Of a stretch of 64,000 bases of DNA, positions 27,674 to 37,573 are shown one piece after another; position 1 is the first letter of the stretch; each line of letters starts with the position of its first letter. Location of the stretch: positions 32,001 to 96,000 of IMG/VR virus record IMGVR_UViG_3300037067_005321, one strand, 5' to 3'. The notes under the pieces are model-generated. The model saw nothing but the letters and a program-made list of their open reading frames with translations. It searched no databases and had not been told where the DNA came from. Source of the DNA: a virus (Duplodnaviria; Caudoviricetes). The position numbers and the translations under genes were made by a program.

Positions 27674-28633
27674 CTAAATGGCGTTGGCGATCCAATGTCT
27701 CCACTGGTTAATACACCCACCAAACCTTGTAAAAATTGTTGCATAATATCTCTTTGACGTTTCATCCTGCCAGAAATCAAGAGTGACATCCTCACGATTT
27801 GTGGCTAAAAGACCATTCCTCAATTTTCCCATGAACCAACCATCTGTATCAGTAAGATATGCCCACTCCATAGGAGTAAGTATTTGATACATTGTGTTGA
27901 CATCATTATCCTGATTACCAGGAATTAAGGTACTATTGAGAATTGTCTGAGCAGTAAACTTCAATGCAGGAGGAATCAAAAGAACATCAGGTATAAGTTC
28001 TATACGATCATCTCTTTCATCCCTATTGTTAGTTGTAGTATACTGCAAATAAACAGTCTCAAGATTATCCTTCGTCAATGTATATGACGAATTGTAGTTA
28101 GAGTAATCAGTTCCACCTTTACTTGTATGAGAAGTAGAGAAGAAATAATCACCATCATAAATATAACCAGATGCACCCATTGTATCATCAATAACACCTG
28201 TTATAGTGTTATTAAATACATCAGTACCAGCACCATTGGCTCCATAATTAAAAAACTTAGCATAGAATTTCTCTTTTGTAATAGGAAGCTTTTGACTCCA
28301 AGAAGCTACTGCATTCTGTAAAAGATTACCTGACTTTTTAGAATCCTTCATTGATTCATAAGAGAACTTTGTACCTCTTGCAAAAGATTTATTAGCACAT
28401 ATAATTGTGTAACTTTCAATGGGGGCCTCAAATTCTATATCCTCATCTTCAGGTTTTTCTAACAATTCACCCAACCCAATAGCAGACGAAAACTTTTCGT
28501 AAGCCGCATCGGAAGGAATAACATCAAAAATTTGCTCATACTTCGGGGGGGTTTGTGGATAGGCTTCCCAAAAATAACTATATGAGTCACGTTTCATTCC
28601 TTCGGTAAAATCTGAACGTTTTACACCAGCCAT
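27674..28633 (-). CDS. Major capsid protein (Mu-like gpT/HK97 fold)
   Basis: 319 aa; YDGDYFFSTSH, PDVLLIPPAL, YLTDTDGWF, R.G.....WR; follows scaffold and decoration genes. Confidence 0.85.
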   Translation of the reverse strand: MAGVKRSDFTEGMKRDSYSYFWEAYPQTPPKYEQIFDVIPSDAAYEKFSSAIGLGELLEKPEDEDIEFEAPIESYTIICANKSFARGTKFSYESMKDSKKSGNLLQNAVASWSQKLPITKEKFYAKFFNYGANGAGTDVFNNTITGVIDDTMGASGYIYDGDYFFSTSHTSKGGTDYSNYNSSYTLTKDNLETVYLQYTTTNNRDERDDRIELIPDVLLIPPALKFTAQTILNSTLIPGNQDNDVNTMYQILTPMEWAYLTDTDGWFMGKLRNGLLATNREDVTLDFWQDETSKRYYATIFTRFGGCINQWRHWIANAI

Positions 28634-28650
28634 CTATATATCACCTCTCC

Positions 28651-29133
28651 TTATGTATGATACTGCACAAATGCAGGTTTAACTCTCACACGAACTGTAT
28701 GAGCATCTTTGTTAAAATCTACAACTGTAAGTGTAGAAGCGGTGCAAGCACCTATCTTAGCTTTCATAATTGTAGTATAAGTTGATCCATCAATTACTAT
28801 ACCAGCAGCAGCACCAATATAAGTAGCTGTCATGGATGCAGCAGTTTCCTTTACAGGAAGTTCAAAAACATCATCCAACCCAGGAGTTATGACAAAAACT
28901 TTGTCAGCCCTGCCTGTGGCAGACGATTTCCATGCATTATATCCATCAGCATCTTTTGGTGTTACTGCCCAACCCATGACTTGGGTTGTATTCGAGGCAC
29001 ACATAGTAACATCCCCGCTACTAAGATAAACAAACTTTCCACCTTTACGAGAAAAGTATTGATCAGCAGCGACACGATATTCTCTACCCTTGCCAGGACC
29101 AGCAACATGACCATATCGTATATCACTCGACAT
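28651..29133 (-). CDS. Capsid decoration/cement protein
   Basis: 160-aa beta protein between scaffold and MCP. Confidence 0.6.
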   Translation of the reverse strand: MSSDIRYGHVAGPGKGREYRVAADQYFSRKGGKFVYLSSGDVTMCASNTTQVMGWAVTPKDADGYNAWKSSATGRADKVFVITPGLDDVFELPVKETAASMTATYIGAAAGIVIDGSTYTTIMKAKIGACTASTLTVVDFNKDAHTVRVRVKPAFVQYHT

Positions 29134-29168
29134 TTATATAATCACCTATTTTGAAATAGAATAATTTT

Positions 29169-30089
29169 TTATTCTTTTTTAGGATGCAATTTTGCATCTC
29201 TCTTCTTTTTAATCTCTATAAGATCTTCAACTGAAAGACCTTTTTCATCTGCTTCTTCAATTAAATCTGGATCTTTTGGATCATATGTACCTGGAGTGCT
29301 CTTAGAGAGCTTTTTATTTTTGTCAGATGAGTCATCCCCACCCTTCTTTAGATCCGGTCCACCTACTTTAATTTTAGACTTTACAAGGTTCTCATTTTTA
29401 GGATCTGATAGAAATTCTTTGACAATATCTTCAACTGTTTTTCTATCCTTCAATTTTCCGTTATTGTCTCTTATATCATGTGAAAATTCATCCAAACTTT
29501 CATCATACTCAAATTTATACTCAAGCATATTCATTATTTGAGAAGGATTAAAGGCATCATACTTAATAGCAGATTCCATTAGTTCACTCCTAAGCCTTGA
29601 TTTTCTTAAATTTGAAATAACGCCATCTTTGTCTGCTAACTTCTTTTGTAATTCTTCAGTAGCTTTTTTTGTACCATTAAGATTGTCTTCCATCTCTTTC
29701 TTAAAAGTATCAAACTTTTTATTGAAAGAGAATTCAGCTTTTTCAAGATCAGACTTCTTACTCATTTCCAAATCTTCCTTCTCCTTGTCAATTGAAGCTT
29801 TATGATCTTTCAATTCTTGGAGTTCTTTCTTTAGAGCAGTAAGTTCATCACCTTTAGGCATATCTTTAATTTGTGCCTCAAGATCTTTCATCTGATCACG
29901 CAATTTATTACGTTCCTCTTTGACTTTATCTCGATCTTTAAACGCCTTTTTACTTTCTTCTTTCCAGAATTTCTTATCCTTCTTCTCTTCTTCTTCTATC
30001 TGTTTTGTTAAATCATCATCACTAATATTTTCATCTTTTATTTCAATTTCCAACTCTTTTGCTTTATCTAAAAGTTCTTTCTTTGCCAT
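29169..30089 (-). CDS. Capsid scaffolding protein
   Basis: Charged coiled coil between portal and capsid genes. Confidence 0.75.
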   Translation of the reverse strand: MAKKELLDKAKELEIEIKDENISDDDLTKQIEEEEKKDKKFWKEESKKAFKDRDKVKEERNKLRDQMKDLEAQIKDMPKGDELTALKKELQELKDHKASIDKEKEDLEMSKKSDLEKAEFSFNKKFDTFKKEMEDNLNGTKKATEELQKKLADKDGVISNLRKSRLRSELMESAIKYDAFNPSQIMNMLEYKFEYDESLDEFSHDIRDNNGKLKDRKTVEDIVKEFLSDPKNENLVKSKIKVGGPDLKKGGDDSSDKNKKLSKSTPGTYDPKDPDLIEEADEKGLSVEDLIEIKKKRDAKLHPKKE

Positions 30090-30144
30090 CTAAGGTATCC
30101 CCCTTTACTTATAAACTAACGTCCGTTAGTTGTTAAATTGTTAA

Positions 30145-31719
30145 TTATTCAGTTTTATTAAAAACTTTCTTTTTACTTTTCTTACCTTTTACTAATTCTT
30201 CATTTTGCTTTTTAGATGTGAATGTGTTAGCTAAACGATTTACATTAGGATTTCCATCATCCTCAATATCAGAATCATTTGTACCATCAAAAGAATTTCC
30301 ACCCTTGATTGATTCTACAATTCCATCTCCATCTTCAATCTCTTGTTCAATTTCAGATTTAATATCATCTGTAATAGTTGGTAGAGATTTAGCAGCAACT
30401 TTCTTCTGTAAAGTCTTATTAAGTCTAACAGAAAAATTCCTTTCCATAACTTTAAGTATAGAATCTAATTCATCTTGTAAAGCAGCTATATCAAAAGTAG
30501 TAGGATATTTTACAGGAACATATTTGGAATAATCTTCACCCAAGTAATCATATACTATTTTAGATATATCATTTTCAGCCTTTTGATATGAGCTCGCTTT
30601 TTCAACAAGAGCAGAATTAACACTCATAAAACCCATTTGTTTGGAACGTCCACTTACTGACGCATACATATCTTCTGATGATCCTATAAGTCTAGCCAAT
30701 CTATATATCTCTTTTATATGATCTATAACAAGTGACCATATAGTTTGTATATTAGCTACATCTGGAGATATAAATTGGGGAGGATGTGTTGCATCACCAG
30801 AGAATGTCCAAACAGATGAAGTACCAATCTGGTGCAATGGATCTTCTTCATCCTCATTTTTCTCAGATAATGAACCATCATCTGGAACTACCAATTGAGA
30901 AAAAGTTTGTCTTTCAATCTGTTCATCTATACAGGAACACCAGTTAAGAATAGTTCTATTTATATATACTATATCTTTTAATAAAGATTCACCAACTTTA
31001 TCATCTTCCATAGTATTATGATAAATAGTAACAAGAGGTATATAGCCTAAAGGATTCTTTCCAGAAGATTCTTCTTTATCTCCTAACTTTATTTTATTAC
31101 CATCTTGATCCTCAATCCACCATTCCTCTTTTGTATATACAAGAAAATGTTCTTCCTCTTCTCTTTTTATAGTTATGTCTTCATCACGATAGTATGAATA
31201 CTTTACAACTATCCAGTTTAAATCACCATTTGAATCAGTAGACCAATCTACTAATTCTGTGGGTTTAACTATTCTTATTTTAGGAGTAAGTTTTAATTCT
31301 TTTTCTTGAGCTTTTGTAATAGGAGAAGAAGTTTTGAAGGGCATGGTAAGAAGAATATGAACAACACCAAATACTGAGGAAAGATATCCAGATCTTTTGA
31401 TAAGATCTGTAATTGCTAATCTTTGACCATCTACATTTGATCTGAAATATGTTAGTTTTTCATCTGGTGGTCTGTCAATACTTTCTTTCATGATATAAGA
31501 GTTTATCATTTTTGGAAGAGTATCACAAAAATTTAGAAAGTATGCTCTTTGCAATCTTTCATCGTAATCATCAGATTCTTCTAAACGATGAGAAAATAGA
31601 TTTTCATCAGTAACAAAATCATCTCCACCTTTGGCAGCAGAATAATAGAGTTCCCACTTATCCTCATTATCTTCATATTTTGGATGTTTTCTATCAGCTA
31701 TCTTTATCTTGTCTGCCAT
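30145..31719 (-). CDS. Portal protein
   Basis: 524 aa after terminase; HP.Y, R..RA...N, NPLG.IP.V motifs. Confidence 0.85.
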   Translation of the reverse strand: MADKIKIADRKHPKYEDNEDKWELYYSAAKGGDDFVTDENLFSHRLEESDDYDERLQRAYFLNFCDTLPKMINSYIMKESIDRPPDEKLTYFRSNVDGQRLAITDLIKRSGYLSSVFGVVHILLTMPFKTSSPITKAQEKELKLTPKIRIVKPTELVDWSTDSNGDLNWIVVKYSYYRDEDITIKREEEEHFLVYTKEEWWIEDQDGNKIKLGDKEESSGKNPLGYIPLVTIYHNTMEDDKVGESLLKDIVYINRTILNWCSCIDEQIERQTFSQLVVPDDGSLSEKNEDEEDPLHQIGTSSVWTFSGDATHPPQFISPDVANIQTIWSLVIDHIKEIYRLARLIGSSEDMYASVSGRSKQMGFMSVNSALVEKASSYQKAENDISKIVYDYLGEDYSKYVPVKYPTTFDIAALQDELDSILKVMERNFSVRLNKTLQKKVAAKSLPTITDDIKSEIEQEIEDGDGIVESIKGGNSFDGTNDSDIEDDGNPNVNRLANTFTSKKQNEELVKGKKSKKKVFNKTE

Positions 31720-31727
31720 AACTCTCC

Positions 31728-33644
31728 TTAATCTTTTTTTGTTCTCCTACAAGTAAGTTTAAACTTTTTCTTACTACATATTCTAAATGCCATTTCTAAT
31801 GAATCAATTGCATCATCAAATAAATCTCCTTCACCTGTCCAATCCAATATCTGATCTACTGCAAATCTATATTCTTTTGTAAAATTATACTTTTGCGAAT
31901 CAAAAACTATAGTCTTATCTTTTATAAATGGTATAAGACCTTCTATCCTTAATTTCTTATCACTATAGTTTTGTAATTCTTCAGTTGGAATTCTATAACC
32001 TAATTCTCTACACTGTTTAGATAGCATTTCATATATTACAAATTGAAAAGCATTAGTCTCTATTCCAAATAAAGAATACTTAAATCTTTCCCAATTTTCT
32101 ATAATTGCTTCAATCTGTTTTTCTACTTTCCTTCTCTTTATATCAAAATCAACAACATATACATATCCAGATTTACCGGAACATACTGATGAAATGCTAC
32201 TATAATCTCCACTAGCAGCTTTCTTTCCCAAACTTGGATCTAAAGAACCATAGTATTTTCCGTGTTCTATATCTTTTTTTACATCTGGATTAGTACTAAA
32301 ATTTTCCCAATGCAGATCTTCTTTATGAAGTTTTACTTTAGTAGGATCTTTAGGATTGTTTTGACGTTCACTCCAGAAAGCACTTTCACTCTTATTTAAT
32401 TCAATCATTAAATCATAATAAGGTTGTCCTTCAGGCCAAAGTACTTCCGTATCTTTAAGCATTTCTTCTTTGTGTTCTTCAAAGAATTTCTCAGCAGTAT
32501 ATATTCTATTTAAATCAAACTTATTATTATATAGTTCTTTCCATTCATTCCACAACTCTGAGGTTGAGAATTTTATAACTGATGCAAACTTTCTACTCTG
32601 CCAGTCTGGATATGTATCTGAATTTAATAAATGATTTAATAAAGCATTTGGACCTAAAATAGATCCTAACACTATAAAATCTGTTTCATTATTTTTATTA
32701 CCACTAGCATATAATACATCTTTATCAAACCAAGTATCTTTAACATATTTCATTGTATCAACAGATTTTATAGATTCTTCATCATCTACGTCATCACATA
32801 ACACAAGTCCTGGCCTATATATTCCCCATTTTCTACCTCTAATTTGTGAACCAACACCTAATGCTAATAACTTAACATCATTTTTTGTTATTATCTCATT
32901 AGATCTCCATCTTGGACCTTTACCACAAACACCTGGAAAATCTCTAAGTAATCCTTCATTAGTTTCTAATTCAAGTTTTATATCTGTTAGAAATTCTTCT
33001 GATAAACTAACTGTATTGGATATAAGTAATATAAATTTCTTTTTATTATAACAGATACACCAAATAGGAAATATATTTGATATAATTGAAGATTTTGCAT
33101 TTCCACGTGGAGCAGCTATAGCATATTTTAAAGCTTTTTTTCTTTTTTTCTTACTAGAAAACTCTCTTGAAAATAATCCATAAAGCCATTTATGAAATTC
33201 ACTACTTGGTGTGGATAAATAGTGTGAGAAATATCTTATTGCAAAAAGGTATAAGTCATCTTTACATAAATCAACAAGTACTTTAGTTTCTTCAGGAGAT
33301 AAATTCTTCTCTTTCTCTATAATCTCTTCATTTTGTTTACCAGGAAGATAAACAGGAGTTTTATCAGATCCTAAACGTCTTTCCTTCTTTACAATTTGAG
33401 TTTCATTTTCTTCCCAGAACTTCTCTTCTTTCTCTTTTTTTATTTCATCTAATTCTTGATAGGAAACTTCTGGCATACTAGCTTTATACAAAGCTCGTTG
33501 TCTAAAATATTCATTGTCTTTTAATCTATTCTCTTCTTCGTCTAAAAAATGAAGAAGATAATCTGGTATTCCAGATTCATATTGTAAATCTAATTCTTTA
33601 CGAAACTTTTCAATTTCATCAAGAGATTCAAACTTCTTAGACAC
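31728..33644 (-). CDS. terL: Terminase large subunit
   Basis: APRGNAKS Walker A, RP...LCDD Walker B, DPSLG, IETN.FQ, DDAIDS nuclease motifs. Confidence 0.92.
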   Translation of the reverse strand: MSKKFESLDEIEKFRKELDLQYESGIPDYLLHFLDEEENRLKDNEYFRQRALYKASMPEVSYQELDEIKKEKEEKFWEENETQIVKKERRLGSDKTPVYLPGKQNEEIIEKEKNLSPEETKVLVDLCKDDLYLFAIRYFSHYLSTPSSEFHKWLYGLFSREFSSKKKRKKALKYAIAAPRGNAKSSIISNIFPIWCICYNKKKFILLISNTVSLSEEFLTDIKLELETNEGLLRDFPGVCGKGPRWRSNEIITKNDVKLLALGVGSQIRGRKWGIYRPGLVLCDDVDDEESIKSVDTMKYVKDTWFDKDVLYASGNKNNETDFIVLGSILGPNALLNHLLNSDTYPDWQSRKFASVIKFSTSELWNEWKELYNNKFDLNRIYTAEKFFEEHKEEMLKDTEVLWPEGQPYYDLMIELNKSESAFWSERQNNPKDPTKVKLHKEDLHWENFSTNPDVKKDIEHGKYYGSLDPSLGKKAASGDYSSISSVCSGKSGYVYVVDFDIKRRKVEKQIEAIIENWERFKYSLFGIETNAFQFVIYEMLSKQCRELGYRIPTEELQNYSDKKLRIEGLIPFIKDKTIVFDSQKYNFTKEYRFAVDQILDWTGEGDLFDDAIDSLEMAFRICSKKKFKLTCRRTKKD

Positions 33645-33670
33645 TAAAGGTATCCACCTTAATTTTTTAA

Positions 33671-34186
33671 CTAATCTCCATTAGTTTCTTCTTTTTTAAA
33701 TGTAGCTTCTAATTTCTTCTCATGACTGGATTTTAATATCTCTGCTATCTTACTGCCAGTAGAATAATCAATTTTCTCAGGTTCGGTATAGAAGATGTTC
33801 TGTGTGTTGACTTGAAGGTCAGGTTTTACATTTTGTAAACCATAAAGTTGCATCTTCAGTTCAATAGCTTTTAACTGAACATAGAAATATCCTCTAGCAA
33901 CAGATGCCTTTCCTGGCTCCTGTTCATATTTATCATGAAGACTTTTAGCTTTTTCACTAGCTTCTACTAATTCCAAGTAGATTTCACCACGTTTTTCTGC
34001 AATTTGTTCTGGTGATAGATCTGAAGTCTTTAACTCTTCAAGATATTTGATATTTCTTTTAACAGTTGTAATAGGTAAACTAATTCTATCTGCAATTTCC
34101 TGATCGCCAAGTCCCTCTTCTTTGAGAGACTTGATTTCATACATTCTTTTGAGCCTATCGACACTGCTAATGTTACCTGCTGGCAT
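33671..34186 (-). CDS. Terminase small subunit (HTH)
   Basis: N-terminal HTH (GL.DQEIADRISLP.TTV) directly upstream of terL. Confidence 0.6.
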   Translation of the reverse strand: MPAGNISSVDRLKRMYEIKSLKEEGLGDQEIADRISLPITTVKRNIKYLEELKTSDLSPEQIAEKRGEIYLELVEASEKAKSLHDKYEQEPGKASVARGYFYVQLKAIELKMQLYGLQNVKPDLQVNTQNIFYTEPEKIDYSTGSKIAEILKSSHEKKLEATFKKEETNGD

Positions 34187-34366
34187 AACTTATCCTTTAT
34201 ATAAAATAGAATGAGGCACATACTTTAGATACACCTATCCTATTAATATTTTTCAATATATTGTGTAAAATTGTATATGTCTCTACTATCTGTTGATAAT
34301 ATGCAATAATTTATAAATATTTATAATAATTACAATATGTTATAGATATTATTATGTCCGATACTA

Positions 34367-34840
34367 TTATATTTTAATCTTTGAGAATAGGTATTTTATT
34401 ATAGTTGTTCTAATATATGCTTCATTACCATTTAATTTATTAACTATATCTTTTATAGATATCCTATCTATAAAATGAAGTTTTAATATTTCATATTGTT
34501 TATCAGTAACATTTTGTATATCTTTAAAATCATTAATTATTCTTCTAATATGTCTAGAAGAATAATTTATTTGTTTAGATATATATTCGGAAGATTTAAA
34601 ATCTAAATAATAAAATCTATATATTAACCATTTATTACTATATCTTAATATATCTTCTAAAACCTCCTCCTCTTTTTCTATCATATTCCAAAATATATCT
34701 TCATTTATTAAATTGTCTACATTAATTAATAAAATATCATCATATTTTATCTCGTCTTGTGAAGTATACTCCTCAGCCTCCTCACAAAGTTTAGTACATG
34801 TACTTCTCAAATTACACTTTGTACACATTCCTTTTGACAT
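34367..34840 (-). CDS. Sigma-region-4/HTH-like transcription regulator with Cys-rich N-terminus
   Basis: CTKC..R..CTKLC..AEEY..QD plus two HTH-like segments; candidate late activator. Confidence 0.5.
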   Translation of the reverse strand: MSKGMCTKCNLRSTCTKLCEEAEEYTSQDEIKYDDILLINVDNLINEDIFWNMIEKEEEVLEDILRYSNKWLIYRFYYLDFKSSEYISKQINYSSRHIRRIINDFKDIQNVTDKQYEILKLHFIDRISIKDIVNKLNGNEAYIRTTIIKYLFSKIKI

Positions 34841-34847
34841 TAAATCA

Positions 34848-35495
34848 TCACTTCCTATTTTTATTTCCCTCAAGAAATAATCTATTAAGGTCATTATCAA
34901 CAATAACCTGATATAAACCATTAGCAAAAGATTGATCTACAGACTTTATAGAATCATCCTCTATAGCATAATCTTTAATTATAATATATAGTAAACACCA
35001 CAAAAACTCTGTTTTTATAAAAGAAGGCGAATAAATACCCTCAGAATTACAATTACTTAAATAAATTTCACTAGATTCATAGTTAACAGCAGAATTAAGT
35101 TCATTTATACTATCCTCAAAAGTATATGGACATATAATTTTATAATTTATTCCATTTATAAATATAGACTTTGGAAAGTTATTATTCTTTAGATATAAAT
35201 CAATAGTTGATAATACAGAGTAAAAAGCTACTGATAATCTTTCAACTATATTATTTTCCTCATCTATACTACTACCACAATAAATATGGTCTATGCCATG
35301 AATAATCTCATGTAATAAAGTTTCATGTATCCTCTGAATAGATAAATTAATATCAGAATATGACTTTAATATCTTTATTTTGTGTTGTGATGTATAATAA
35401 AATCCAACACTTGTACTTCCTATTGAAAACTTATTTGAATACTCAACCTTATGATTAATACCACCTATTTTAATACTTTCTGGAAACAGATTCAT
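34848..35495 (-). CDS. Zincin-like protein with tandem duplicated domain
   Basis: ETLLHEIIH in repeat 1; repeat 2 (FPKSIFINGINYKI...) lacks HExxH. Confidence 0.6.
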   Translation of the reverse strand: MNLFPESIKIGGINHKVEYSNKFSIGSTSVGFYYTSQHKIKILKSYSDINLSIQRIHETLLHEIIHGIDHIYCGSSIDEENNIVERLSVAFYSVLSTIDLYLKNNNFPKSIFINGINYKIICPYTFEDSINELNSAVNYESSEIYLSNCNSEGIYSPSFIKTEFLWCLLYIIIKDYAIEDDSIKSVDQSFANGLYQVIVDNDLNRLFLEGNKNRK

Positions 35496-35499
35496 ATAA

Positions 35500-35682
35500 T
35501 TAATCTTCCTGACAATTTATTAGATCTTGTAGATCTTCTACACAATTATTACATACAATATATGGTATATTATTAATATATATCATACTAGATATTGTAA
35601 TATCATTAATATAATTACTACAATAATAGCATCTTTTACCTTGTGATTTTAATATTTCATTAAATAATATAATATTATTCAT
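35500..35682 (-). CDS. Small Zn-ribbon protein
   Basis: CYYC...CNNC. Confidence 0.45.
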   Translation of the reverse strand: MNNIILFNEILKSQGKRCYYCSNYINDITISSMIYINNIPYIVCNNCVEDLQDLINCQED

Positions 35683-35869
35683 CTGTAATTCCTAAATAAT
35701 CCTCTATATATTTCTTAGCTTGATCTATAGAACAGAACTTTTGATCAGTTATAGCATATGGATATGATGATAATATTCTAATTCCACTATCATCATCATA
35801 TACCCAATATTTATCTCCATTATAATATAATTCCCATGCTTGTATAGAATGATTATATTTCCAAGTCAT
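35675..35869 (-). CDS. Hypothetical protein (start corrected to MTWKY)
   Basis: GGAGG RBS before ATG at 35869. Confidence 0.5.
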   Translation of the reverse strand: MTWKYNHSIQAWELYYNGDKYWVYDDDSGIRILSSYPYAITDQKFCSIDQAKKYIEDYLGITDE

Positions 35870-35969
35870 AATATACCTCCACAATATATTGTATATGTTT
35901 ATCTTAATAGATACTATATGTATTCTAAACCTTCTAAGGGCGCACAGTGGTGTAAGACTTTTAAAATCA

Positions 35970-36122
35970 AATACAAGTATATCAGGCACAGTAAGTTGTC
36001 AGCTTGGTGATAAAATAATACCACATTGAATCCTGCTTATTCATTACACTGTTAAAGATAACAGTCGATTGAGGTCAGCCCCTTATTAAGGATGTTAATT
36101 CACCCTTCAAGACCCTTGTATT
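35970..36122 (-). ncRNA. Candidate multi-stem non-coding RNA
   Basis: GC-richer intergenic segment closed by AATACAAG/CTTGTATT with several internal hairpins. Confidence 0.3.
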
Positions 36123-36252
36123 CTTGTTTAGATTGTTTATGGTTTACTATCTAATTTGCCAACGTTAGGGACTTATGGATTAGATATTGTCTTAAAAAAT
36201 AGTTATAATTTACAAAAAGTACTTATAAATGTACCTATTTGCAAATATATAC

Positions 36253-36417
36253 TTATTTTTCTATTTCTATTTCTTTACAATCATTACATAAAAAATTAAG
36301 ATGTTTTACTTCACTTATATTTATATAAGAAAGTATCTCATTCAATTTATTAGTTACTTCTAAATCTGTTAATTCTTGAATTAACGATCCACAGTTATTA
36401 CAATATATTTTTATCAT
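36253..36417 (-). CDS. Small Zn-binding protein (not in ORF track)
   Basis: MIKIYCNNCG...LCNDCKE; ATGA coupling. Confidence 0.45.
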   Translation of the reverse strand: MIKIYCNNCGSLIQELTDLEVTNKLNEILSYINISEVKHLNFLCNDCKEIEIEK

Positions 36418-36587
36418 TTATTTCCGCCTATTCCATATAAATAGTCAGTATCACCAATCTGTCCTCCTGATTCTGGAAAGAACACTGTCTTATCCAAGAC
36501 AATTTCTACCTCATCGCCAACTTTAGCAGAATTAACAAATTCTTTATCTTTAAGTATATATAACACTTTAGAAACACACTTATTCAT
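36414..36587 (-). CDS. 57-aa fragment of alanyl-tRNA synthetase/AlaX beta-barrel domain (not in ORF track)
   Basis: SKVLYILKDKEFVNSAKVGDEVEIVLDKTVFFPESGGQIGDT matches the AlaRS LD.TPFY.ESGGQ.GD.G signature. Confidence 0.65.
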   Translation of the reverse strand: MNKCVSKVLYILKDKEFVNSAKVGDEVEIVLDKTVFFPESGGQIGDTDYLYGIGGNK

Positions 36588-36837
36588 TTATTATCTTATC
36601 ATCCAAATATTTTATTATTATTTCTCTTATCAATTTACCGGTTATTCTTTGATTATGAATAGTATAGATATCAGTACAAAAATTATAGATTGAATCATTA
36701 ACACTATATTTAAATGATTCAATAGGAAATAAAATCCAATGTATTATCTTACAATACCAAGGCGGTATTTCACACTTATTATGTTTAAATAAATCATATA
36801 CAATAAAATTAAATAGTTTTAATCGTGTCTTATTCAT
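36580..36837 (-). CDS. Hypothetical protein
   Basis: ORF track; coupled to neighbours. Confidence 0.5.
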   Translation of the reverse strand: MNKTRLKLFNFIVYDLFKHNKCEIPPWYCKIIHWILFPIESFKYSVNDSIYNFCTDIYTIHNQRITGKLIREIIIKYLDDKIINE

Positions 36838-37235
36838 TTATTCTTCCAATATTTAATAATCTCATTCATTAAAAAACCAGCTAATTCACCAATATGATAT
36901 GCATACATTTCTTCACTACAGTTATGCTCACCAATTTGATCTAACATAAAAGTAATAGCATGAAAAGACTCATGTGCTATCATATCTACTAAACACGGTA
37001 AATTATTTCTTTTAAGATCTTTTTCATTAAAACCAATAATAGATAAAAATTCTCCATTTCCAGCAGTTATCCAATGTGTAGTTGCTCCGTTATTTTCAGA
37101 TATTAGTGGTTTATATTCTTTTATATTTTTCTTTTTACATTCTTTTTGAAATGCATTATCTGATACAGTAAATCCAACTTTATATCTAAATACAGTAAAT
37201 TCTCTATAAATTATATAGTCTTTAATTGTTTTCAT
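36834..37235 (-). CDS. Zincin-motif phage protein
   Basis: IAHESFHA...EEMYAY. Confidence 0.6.
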   Translation of the reverse strand: MKTIKDYIIYREFTVFRYKVGFTVSDNAFQKECKKKNIKEYKPLISENNGATTHWITAGNGEFLSIIGFNEKDLKRNNLPCLVDMIAHESFHAITFMLDQIGEHNCSEEMYAYHIGELAGFLMNEIIKYWKNK

Positions 37236-37573
37236 TATCTATATATTCAATTATAATAATATTTATTTTATCAGAGAATGAATACATTATTTTGTCATCT
37301 TCTATCTTTGTCCAGTTGAGTCTATACCATTCATTAACTTCTTTTTCCAAGTCCTCAGTATAAAATTTACTAATTATCTTTATTTTTTTCATTTTTATTC
37401 CTCATTCACTTTTTAACTTTCTTATTTCTTTAATAGAACTATAATTATTGAATGATCCACATTTTGGACATTTTATACTAAAATCAAACGCACATTCAAT
37501 AGTTACCTTCATAAGTTCCAATTCAGTTCCACAGAATTTACAGGGTATGGTTATTCTCTCTACTTGCTTAGGA

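Noticed and set aside
35870-35989. N-terminal extension of ORF 35675-35989
   Set aside because: A strong GGAGG RBS precedes the internal ATG at 35869; the extension overlaps the structured intergenic region.
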